DNA of 64,000 bases from Callorhinchus milii (lineage: Eukaryota). Location: positions 69,690,001 to 69,754,000 of the forward strand of contig NW_024704742.1 of the NCBI RefSeq assembly GCF_018977255.1, in the 5' to 3' direction. A program made the position numbers and the translations under genes. Shown in pieces: positions 1-10,286 of the stretch. How positions within the stretch are numbered: position 1 is the first letter of the stretch; the number at the start of each line of letters is the position of its first letter. The notes beneath the pieces are model-generated. The model was not told the origin of the DNA. It was given only the letters and a program-made list of their open reading frames with translations, and searched no databases.

Positions 1-934
1 AGTTGAGATGTTTCAAAACACATTACAGAATATACTGTAAAGTGAATTGACTGTATATTTTGTGGATGAAATGTAACAGCGAATTGCTCACAGCAGTGTC
101 TCACAAACAGTCGTGGATTGAGTGACCAAATTATTTTTGAGGGATTATTACCCACAGAAAGTGATCCACCAATCGACTAACAACCAGGTTCTTACTTACT
201 TCTTGGTAAACAGGCGTGTGGAGCACGGTGTGGTGCCTAAGGTTTTGCCCTGCCTGAGGATACTTTACAGTAAATCCTGAGGGCAATGTCTCCAGGCTGA
301 TTTCTGAAGCTTTTCGGAAACAACCGGCATTGGAATTCTAACTGGAGCAGTGGATGTCTCTGGAGTTTTATGTGAACATCTTACCGAGATGTAAAGTCGG
401 TGATATGTGAGCTTTTTATAGGCGTGCTCCCAGCTAAGCAAGCCCCTCTTCTGGGGTAGGAGAGGGGCAAGGTTCGAATCGGTTAACACTGTGGACAATT
501 TCTCCCTTTTTTATCTTTTGCTCTTTCTTTTAAATGTCAAGTTTCTATTATTAAAAAGATTATTATTATAATAAATTATTATTATTTCTGATAGCTGGCC
601 TCCATCTAGCTGTGTGTAACATCTGTCCTCCTCTCCTCCCTTCCTTCTCCCCTCATCCTCTCCTTGTTCCTCCTTCTCCCCGCACTCTCCATTATTCTCC
701 CCTCTGCGCTCAAATTGCAAGCGAGACGTTCAGGGTTTAATTGCTGGGGTGGGGGCCATGAAACAGTAGGCAAGTTACCTTATTCCACATCTGTGTTTAC
801 CTAGCAGTAAGTAGGAACCTGGTTGTTAGTCGATTGGCGGATTGCTTTCCCTGGGGTAATAATCCCTTAAATTAAATTTGGTCACTCAATCCACAACTGT
901 TTGTAGGACACTGCTATGAACAATTGGCTACCAA

Positions 935-1215
935 TGAACTAAGTGACACCTTTGCCATATCTCCTAATACTACCTAAGCCTCTGTCTGTCATACAAACAT
1001 CTCTATTGATTCCGACTCTACAGCTTTCTGGGACAAAGCATTCCACATCTTCACAACCCTCTGTGTGAAGAAATACTTCCTGATCTCAGCTCCCACTAAC
1101 TCATCAATTGATCTCATGGTTTTTGATAGTGTGATCAATGATTACATAAGAACATAAGAAATACCAGACGAATAAAAGACCAAGGTTCGTCCAGTTCGCC
1201 TTCCATCTTCCTGGC
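935..1215 (-). mobile_element. CR1 3' fragments
   Basis: cattccacatcttcacaaccctctgtgtgaagaaatacttcctgat and the acataagaacataagaa tail in reverse orientation. Confidence 0.65.
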
Positions 1216-1409
1216 AGTTGCATGCTATGGGCTATGGATATGATGTGCAGAAGGATTTATATCTCCAGTTCACACACAACCTCTTGTAGCACTGAGGAGA
1301 ACAGATTTCAACAGGAATCATTTCAATTGATTTCTATTCCTGCACAACACGGCAAGGATGTTAATTGTTGGTTGGTTTGCCTCCAATCATTTTGATTACC
1401 ATTCTTGCA

Positions 1410-1805
1410 GGACTCCACTGGTTCTCTTATCACTGAACAGATCGATTTCAAGATCCTCACATTCGTCTTCAAATCCCTTGATGCCCTGGCACCTCCCTAC
1501 CTACTTATTCCCCAACCCACTACCTGCTGCCTCCACTCGACTGGCTCCGACCTCCTGTTTGTCCCTTTTGCCCTCCGTTCGACCATCGATCGCTGTGCTT
1601 TCAGTCACTATGCCCAAAACTCTTGAACACTCTTCCACTATCCCTCTGCCTTTCTCCCTTCCTTCCCCATCTTTAGGTCGCACCTGAAGACCTTCCTCTT
1701 TGACTGCCTACGGTTACCTGCCCCCAGTTCAGCGTTGTGGAGCACTGTCAAGGGCTCAGGACCCTACCCTGTGTAAGGGCTGCTATATAAATGCAAGTTG
1801 TTGTT
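1410..1805 (+). mobile_element. L2 3' fragment, second tail subtype
   Basis: LITEQIDFKILTFVFKSLDALAPPYL; tail gggctgctatataaatgcaagttgttgtt. Confidence 0.8.
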
Positions 1806-2098
1806 CTAATGAAGAGAATTTCTCATCGTTCAAGAGAGAGGTTGTTCATCTCAGCTTCAAGGTGAGTGAGAACATCTGGACGATACTCGTCTTGTAATTG
1901 ACCACACGCTGAAGATATATCCATACAATAATATGCCACAAAGCACAGTCACTACACTTCGGAGTATAACCGGTAAAGTCTTTGGGGACATCATCCTGAC
2001 TTGAAAGGTGCTGTATCAAATGTAGGGAATATTATTTTTATAAATCTTGCATTTAATATAGAGCTTATTACAACTTGCATTTATATGAAAACATTTTG

Positions 2099-2458
2099 AT
2101 AATAATAATTCTTGCATTTGATATAGCGCCTTATCACGTCTTCGAGACGTCTCAAAGTGCTTCACAAAGTATACTGTAAAGTGTGTATATTTTGTGGGTG
2201 AATCGAGGCAGCCAATTGTGCACAGCATTTCCCTACAAACAGTCATGGATTGAATGACCCAATTTTTTTTCAAGGGATTATTACCCCAGAAAGTGATATG
2301 CCAATCGACTAACAACTGGGTTCCTACTTACTTGGTGCTAGGTGATCAGAGGCATGTGGAGCAAAGAAACTTTTCGCCAATGTTTCACCCTGAGCGGGAA
2401 TTGAACCCAGATCCTCTCACTCGTGAGGCAAGTACTCTAATCACTAAGCTACATGACT
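2099..2458 (-). mobile_element. SINE family A
   Basis: Same architecture. Further copies or fragments at about 1-258, 715-930, 4400-4790, 13625-13880, 15818-16020, 16972-17075, 18518-18781, 35733-35992, 37160-37482, 43219-43555, 54985-55236 and 56503-56817. Confidence 0.85.
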
Positions 2459-3224
2459 TTACTGTGTTGGGAGGTAACTGTGGTTTTGTAGGTGAACCTA
2501 GCAGGCAATTTTGCACACAATAACGTCTCACAAACAGAATAACCAATTTTACTTGGAGGATTCTCCACCAGGACACTGTCAGAAATGTTTTGAATAGTGC
2601 CATGGAATCTTTTAATGTCAACTGAACAGGCAAACAGTACATTGGTTTGTCTCATTTAAAGAACAGCACCTCCAACAATATGACTCTCCCCCCAGCACTG
2701 CCTTGAAGCGTCAGCCTTGTTTGTGCAAGTCCAAAGCCTAAAAGTTGGGGCTTGAATGCACAAACTTCTGACGTGGAAGCAAGGGCACTGCCAACTAAAC
2801 CAGGCTGACACATTGTCAAGCAGAGCTAATAAGAAGCTTGAGCCACAAACGGCTTTCATTGAAATTGCCTCAAAGCATTAAGCTCCTACCAGGCTGTGTG
2901 GGGAATATGCCTTTCTTTGTCTTATTCTGCCCACAAAAGCCTTTGCTGAAGACTGCTTCAACTTTGCTCAACTTCCTTTTCATTTTAAATCACGTGCCAG
3001 CCTGGCTCAGTCGGGACACTGCTGTGCACAATTGGCTGCCGCGTTTCCCCACAAAATACACAGTCACTTTACAGTAAATTCTGTGAAGCGCTGTAAGTCG
3101 TCTCAATGATGTGATAAGGCATTATATCAAATGCAAGGATTATTGCTATAAGAACAACAACAAAATTACATTGGTATAGAGCCTTTCACATCAGGAGGAC
3201 ATCCCAATAAGGATTCTCGCCTGG

Positions 3225-3578
3225 CTGTCTTTAAGATACTAAAGGAGCAAGACAATATAGATCATGACAGACCATTTCAACTTGTCCAGAATAGTAAAAC
3301 CAGAGGATATGGCCTGCGATTGAAAGGGGGAAAATTCAAAACAAATCTACACAAACACTATTTCAGTGAGTGAATAATGAACCTGTGAAACAGACTATTT
3401 AGGGAGCCAATTGAAGCAGGAAGAGTTGATTCTTTCAAACACAGATTAGATAATTTTCTTTGAAGAAATAACACTACATAGGTAGTTTGGGACATATGTG
3501 CATGTGACCGCCAGGAAGGTGGAAGGCGAACTAGATGGATCTTAGTCTTTTTTCGTCTAGCATTTATGTTCTTATGTT
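3225..3578 (+). mobile_element. CR1-clade LINE 3' fragment
   Basis: Reads as the CR1 ORF2 end (TRG-G-RLKGGKFKTN..KHYFSE..-NLW-RL-like) and ends in ttatgttcttatgtt. Confidence 0.72.
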
Positions 3579-3835
3579 AGGATCTTATGGTTAATAGGAG
3601 CTGAGTGGGAACAATCCCTGCTCCTTCTGCCCCTCCACAAGCCTCTCATTCCCTTCTTCAGGTCAACATTAACCTGAAGCCATTTGAAACAAAAGGGAGC
3701 TTTTCTTGGATTCTTGCCCAAACCTCTGCAGATTAAATTGCACATAATTGGGAATTTATTTACAGCAAACAGTCACTATATGTTATTGTCATTTTTGTGA
3801 AGCACTTTTTCGAGACATTTCAAAATTCAAGTTGG

Positions 3836-4218
3836 GTGTCAGCCTGGCTCATAATCCGAGCCAGAGCCTCCAAATCAGAGGTTGTGGGTTTAAGCCCCAC
3901 GTTAGGACTTTGAGATCACAGTCCAGGCTGATACTCCAATACAGTGCTGGGGGGGAGGGCACTTCCAAGATGTATGTTAAACCAAAGTCCTGTCTGTGTC
4001 CTATTCAGGTGGATATCAAAGATTCTGCAGCACAACTTGATAAGAGAAGAGAGATTCCCAACCCCACCAGTAAATATCATCCATTTGTGAAACATTCCTG
4101 TGTAAATTGGCTGCTGCATTTGCATTCAAAATATTCCAGTCACTGCGCTGCACGGTAAAATCCTGTGAAGTGCTTTTAAGCCTTTCGCCATATATCAAAC
4201 GCAAGGATTATTTTATTA
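3836..4218 (+). mobile_element. tRNA-derived SINE family B (SacSINE1-like, Deu-domain)
   Basis: Head gtgtcagcctggctca...gaggttgtgggtttaagcccc, Deu-like gttaaaccaaagtcctgtctg...caggtggatatcaaagat, and the same 3' tail as family A. Confidence 0.78.
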
Positions 4219-5493
4219 CAGCTTATTTTTATTAAGGTGTGAAAAACAAAAGCAAAATGTACATTAAAGGCATTGCTTTTTGTTAAAGAATGCATATTTC
4301 TTTGAAATCTTAAAGGATTTCTACAGCTTTTCCTGGGGTTGGGAAGGAGAGGAGATGACACTAATGTATACAGCCATTTAATAATAATTATAATCCTTGC
4401 ACTTTCCTTGCTCTACATGCCTCTGTTTATCTGGTAGTAAACAGGAACCCAGTGTCAGTTGATTGGCAGATCGATTTCCAGGGGCAATAATCTCTCAAAA
4501 AAATATCACAAATAAATGATACATTGGTCACTCAACGATTGCTTGTGGTACACTGCTGTGCACAATTGCCTGTCACGCTTTGCCCACAAAATCATTTCAG
4601 GTGGATATCATTTCACTTTACAATATACTCTGTGAAGCGCTTTGAGATGTCTCAATGATGTCATAAGGCAATAACAATAAGAACAAATTATATTATATGG
4701 TGCCTTTCACGTCGAGAGGACTTCACAAGGCACTGGACTGTGGGGGATTTGGCACTATATCAAATGCAAGGATTATTATTATATATTATTTATTATTTGA
4801 TACAGTATCTTTCATGTCGTGAGAACGTCTCAGAATTCTTCCTGGGATTTTACTGTACAGTTGAGTGACTGTATTTCGTAGGTGAATGCGGCAGCCTATA
4901 TGTGCTCAGCATTGTGCCACAAACAACTGTGAAGTGAATGACTGATTTTATTTGTGGGGTTGTTGTCCAGGACACCAGAAGAAACTGCCTTCTCTTTTGA
5001 AGTACGGGTAGAGCGGATCTCGTTTTTCAGCCTCTCATCCGAAGTACAGCACCACTGACAACACAGCTCTCGCCTCATCACTTCATCAGTGTCAGCCTAG
5101 ACTGTGAGCTCATCATAATAATCCTTGCATCTGATATAGCGCCTTATCACATCATTCAGATGTCTCAAAGTGCTTCACAGAATATATTGTAATATATTGG
5201 CAGCCAATTGCGCACAGCAATGTCCCACAAACAGTTGTCGAGTGAGTGACCAATTTTATCTGGGGGATTGTTGTCCAGCACACCGAGGGAGAGCGCCATG
5301 GGATCTTTTAACGTCCACCTGGAAAGGCAGACGGAACATGAGTTTAACATCTCATCAGAAGGACGGTCCCAACATGGTACTTGAACCCACAACCTTCCGA
5401 GTCAGAGTCGAGAGGGCTACCGACTGAGCCAGGATGACACACGGTTTAATACAGGTCTTGCCTTTCACCCGATTGTGGAGGAGCGACTGTCAA

Positions 5494-5878
5494 AATAATA
5501 ATAATCCTTGCATTTAATATAGCGCCTTATTTGATATAGTGTTATTAAGGTGCCTCAAAGATATACTGTAAAGTGGATTGAGTGTATTTTGTGGGCAAAA
5601 AGCAGCTGTCAGTTGTGCACAGCAATGTCCCACAAACAGTCGTGGATCAAACCGTTTATGAGATTGAGTGAACAAATTATTATTATTTTTTGAAGGGATT
5701 ATTACCCTGGAAAGCGATCCACCAAGGATTAACAACCGGGTTCTTACTTGCTGCTAGGTAAACAGATGGGTGTGGAATAAGAAAACTTGCCTAAGGTTTT
5801 GCCCTGGCCACGAATCAAACCCTGTTGCTCTCGCTTGCGAGGCAAGGGCTCTAACCGCTATTTATTCTACAGGACTCC
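5494..5878 (-). mobile_element. SINE family A, near full length
   Basis: Same head, body and tail as 56964-57312. Confidence 0.88.
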
Positions 5879-7127
5879 ACAAGTCCAAATGGTGATATCC
5901 AACAGCAGGGCAACAACAACTCGCATTTATATAGTGACCTTCACAGTCTGACTCCGCGCTGAGGGGAGAGGGAAGGCAGTGTGCAAGGGCCAATATTCAC
6001 TGCCCTTTGCTGGGATTTGAGGCATCAAGCCAACGTTTATGAATGCGCAGATTGATGCACAGACGGCTCCCAGTGTGTCCATTTTCACAAGCAATCAGGT
6101 CTAATGGAGAAGCACTCACACACAAAATTGAGCAGAAATTGGCTGAAGTGCTTATGAATTATTGAAGCAATTGATCCTTTCCTCAACAAGCACTGCAATA
6201 GGAAACCACTTGCAGAATGCAGTGGAGACACAGCCTTAAACACAGTACAATCTATATAATAACTACTACTTGCGTTTATATAGCGCCCTTCATGCGGGGC
6301 AGCATCTCAGAGCGCTTAACAGTGGGCAAGCCTGACGCCAAGATGGGGGGAGGTGATCGTAAGCTCGGTCGAAGAGAAAGGTCGTCAGTCGTCATCTAAA
6401 AGAGGGGGCAAGGCTAAGGGTTTGGGAGAAGTTTCTAAAGCTTCGGGGCGCAGTGGCTGAAAGCGCAGCTGCCAATGGTGAAGCGGAGGGTAGGAAGGTC
6501 AAGCAGGAGGCCAGAGCCAGCCGAGGGGAGGCAGTGAGTAGTTGGTTGGCAGGAAGATCTTGAGACAGACCTTGAAGAAGCCCTTAATGGACCCTCCAGG
6601 TGCTGGAGCTTTGTCAAATTTATTTCCGGCTCCTTCACCTTACGCAAAATATCGAGATGTTTTGAACAAAATTTTTGGGGGTTTTACTTTTTAGGGTTTG
6701 AGTTATATACAGCGACTTTCACACCAACAGGACATCCCAAGGGACTTAGCAGTCCTGACTTGGCACCTGAGTTAGGATGGGAAGCAACTGAGGTGAAGCA
6801 TGGTCAGAGGTAGGTCGGTCGTGAGATCCTGAATGAGGTGAGGGAAAGAGGGAGTGAATAGGAGAGACTCCTGAGATTGACAGGTCAAACACAATGCCAT
6901 ATACATTTATAAAGCGCCTTGCATGTCAGGAGGACGTCTCAAACCACTTCACAGGACATATTGTAAGGTGAGTATTTTTTGTGAGTGAACTCGACAGCCA
7001 ATTGACAACCCACAAGCAGCCGTGAAGTGAATGACCGGTTTTCTCGGTGGGGAATGGAAATATTTAACCTGAACAGAACACGGAGGGAGACCTTGATTTA
7101 ACATCTCATCCAAAAGTACGGTATCTG

Positions 7128-7447
7128 CGACAATATAGCACCCTTCTCAAAGCCCCGCACTGGAGCATCAGTCCAGACTGTGAGCTCAAAACCCCCAACC
7201 TTACCCTCTCCCCCGACACATTTTTCCCCTCATATTTATTTACAAGAACCAGTTGGTGAAGGTTCTTGTAAGGTGAAGGAGCCGGAAATAAATTTGACAA
7301 AGCTCCAGCAATATAGCTCCGACAATATAGCACCCTTCTCAAAGCCCCGCACTGGAGCATCAGTCCAGACTGTGAGCTCAAAACCCCCAACCCTACCCTC
7401 TCCCCCGACACGTTTTTCCCCTCATATTTATTTACAAGAACGAGTTG
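7128..7447. repeat. 128-bp direct duplication (7128-7255 and 7320-7447) with a 64-bp spacer
   Basis: The two copies differ at 3 positions by manual alignment. Confidence 0.93.
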
Positions 7448-7470
7448 CATCCGAGTGAAATTCATTATCC

Positions 7471-7476
7471 TTTATT
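7471..7476 (-). terminator. Candidate distal polyadenylation signal AATAAA
   Basis: Minus strand reads TGTAAATAAAGGATAATGAATTTCA, with a CA about 15 nt downstream and a short U/GU-rich tract (CGTTCTTGT) beyond it. Confidence 0.45.
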
Positions 7477-8320
7477 TACACACGTGGTACAGTATTTTTA
7501 AATGTCTGAAGTCTGCCATTATTTCCATTTCTGTTCAAATTTCAACCATTAAATTAGCTGTTATTTTACAATACAAAAATTATATGAAAAAAGTGCAATC
7601 CTAAAGGTTTTTGTCCCGATTAGCCCTCTCTTCTCCCCTTCCCGGCGCGGTGTAATAGTTTACAATAATTACTCAGTATTTACATTCCAGTGCAATCAAT
7701 GCTAAATTATACATATCAACAAACTACTCATTTTATGCACATAGAAATAAAAAGTACAGGAAGGACATTCTGGAAGCAGGAACGGTTCAGGATCGTGATG
7801 AGACGAGGGAGTCATTTGGCTTTTGACGGTGCCTTTTAGGTCATTTTACTGTTGGCTGAGTGAGCGAGATTGGGTGGTGCAGGGGGAGGGAGGGGGAAGG
7901 GAAGGAGGGAGCAATACTACTAATAACCCTTGCATTTTTTACAACACGTCATCGACTGCCCCAAACTGTCGTGGTTCTCTCAAAGTACCCGGGGTGAGGG
8001 GGCGCTTGAACCCACAACCTTCCGACTCAAGAGATGAGAGTGCTACTGACTGAGCCAGGTTGAGACCATGTATGGAGGGAATAGTGGGTAAAATCTGCAG
8101 AGTTATGAAAGCAAAGGGGCGTGAGGGTGGATGAAAGAAAATCAGGTCTCTGGAATAATAATAATAATAAAAATAAAGGTCTCTGGAATGAAAGGGCTGG
8201 CAAATTACTGCTATGTACGTTACGTCGCCCGGGCCAGCAATCGACAGGCTCACACGATCCACCACACGGAACAGAGCACCAGGACATAGCACTCACTTCT
8301 TAAATGTTTAAACCACAAAG

Positions 8321-8588
8321 TACACACACATACATACTCACTCACATACAATCACTCATTCGCTCATACACACACACACATACACTCACTCATTCACATA
8401 CACCCATTCACTCACACACCCACCCACTCACTCACACATACTCCCACTCACTCACATTCTTCCACTCACACACTCACTCACACACTCACGCATACACTCA
8501 CTCACGCATACACTCACTCACTCACTCACTCACTCACACATACACCCATTCACTCACTCACACCCACTCACTCACACACACACATACA
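8321..8588. repeat. Compound (CA)n/(CACT)n microsatellite
   Basis: Direct reading: cacacacatacatactcactcaca...cactcactcactcactcactcacaca. Source of the spurious His/Thr/Leu-rich ORF 8304..8630. Confidence 0.95.
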
Positions 8589-10280
8589 GCTATTTGCTGG
8601 AGTCCCTGCCCTACGCTCGCTGTCAAATGAAATGAAAAAAAATCCCAGTTCAATATCCAAGCTCAGATGTGCCTCCAGAATGATGTTCCTTTGCTTTAAT
8701 TAAAACTTCATTGATCGCACAAAACTATAGTTTTGTGGCATGACTCGGAATGTGCGAGTATGAGTGTGTGAGGGTGGCGGTGACCAAGTGAGCAAGTGTG
8801 TGTGGGTGAATGAGTGTGGGTGAGGGTGAGCAAGTGTGTGTGTGTGAGAGCGAGGATCATGCCTTTGCACTTAGTCATGCGAGGACTCTGCAATCCTAGA
8901 ACTGCATGGTACGGGTGCTTTAGTAGAAACTCGTGCTGGGTTTTGGAGTGAGACTGACCCCTCTCCCCAGATCCTCGTCTCTGCTGTCCAGAGACCCCTC
9001 CCTTGGCTGTGATACCATTTTCTTTTCACCTAAAAATAGTTTCAAATTGTCAAAAATTCTCAAATCAAATCTTCATTTCTCTCTTTTTAAAAAATATTTA
9101 AAAAATGGAAACCTCTTCCAAATCAAGGCCGAATTGAAGAATTTTCTACATTTAATAATAATAATCCTTTATCTGATATAGCGCCCTGTCATGCCATTGA
9201 GATGTCTCAAAAGCGCTTCACAGGATATACTGTAAAGTGGAATTGACTGTGTATTTTGTGGGTGAAATCATTTGTATAATTCAGGGAACAATCTGAACAC
9301 CAAGACAAAAGGATGGTTACAGGCTAAGGCAAGGTGGGGAATCAAGCCTCAGGTCGAAGGACAATCTGTTCTGCATTACAGTGACAAGCACTGAGCTGCT
9401 CAGCTCAATAATTAATCAATAATGAGATGAAGATTTGTAAAGAAACATTTTGCTCAGGCAGGTGTCTGTCTGACACCCAAATGTGCAAACCCATTCACCA
9501 TGCTGAAAGGGTAACCAAACCAGACAAAGGTCCACATATATATCACACCGACGCATGGAAATTTCCCATGTTGGGAATGGAACTCTCTCTCTCACAAGTT
9601 GGCAAGAGCCAAGGCTTGGGGAGCCCATAGTAAGTGTTGGGGTACTGCTGGAGGCTAACTGTTGAGCGAACTCTCTGGCAAGCTTTCTCACTGCTTGTTC
9701 AGCTAAAACCACCCTATCCATTTGGGCTTTGACTTCATGTGGCGGGACCGTCAGGTGGGGGTGGGGGGGAGGGAACTAGGAGTTCATGGTTTACAGTAGA
9801 ACAAGGAGATGAAACTGCAAGATGAGACATAGGAGCAAAAATTATCCTTTATGTAACAAATAAGTCAAATATTTGTAGCTTTCCCCCCATCAATTACATG
9901 GCTTGACAATCACAAAGTTTGAGGCTAACTTATCCGTTACAGTCCAAAAGGATGGCTGGCTGATGAGAACAGACAATTAGAAATCACTGCCGATACAGGT
10001 TACAAAACAGTAGGTGTGGGACAATGGGCAACAGGAAGCTTAATTCACTCCCTTCGATACAGCACTGCCTTGTAACACGCCAGATTATACTGTTTTCCTA
10101 CACTGAGTTAGGGACCGAGGATTGGCAAAGTGCAAGGTAAAGGTTCTCAAACACACAGACACACAGACTCACACACACACACATATCAAACCAAACAAGA
10201 GTTTTAAAAAAGATTAATTGCGATTTTACAGTACTTCAGCTGTAGTGTTTAACTTCAAGGCTTGGAATTTGCAGTTTCAC

Positions 10281-10286
10281 TTTATT
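10281..10286 (-). terminator. Candidate proximal polyadenylation signal AATAAA
   Basis: Plus-strand tttatt at 10281-10286 and a second at 10319-10324, about 2.3 kb after the stop codon. A (TG)n tract lies about 100 nt downstream on the minus strand. Confidence 0.3.

Noticed and set aside
260..510. Possible terminal exon of a neighbouring gene (plus strand VNPEGNVSRLISEAFRKQPALEF*, or minus ORF 265..498)
   Set aside because: No recognisable homology, the putative acceptor abuts a SINE, and no partner exon is visible. A BLASTX search would settle it.
7128..7447. CRISPR-like repeat-spacer unit or LTR pair
   Set aside because: Only two 128-bp copies, partly SINE-derived, with no TG...CA ends, PBS or PPT; eukaryotic context. 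Explained as a repair-associated duplication.
8304..8630. His/Thr/Leu-rich 108-aa ORF
   Set aside because: Translation of a (CA/CACT)n microsatellite.
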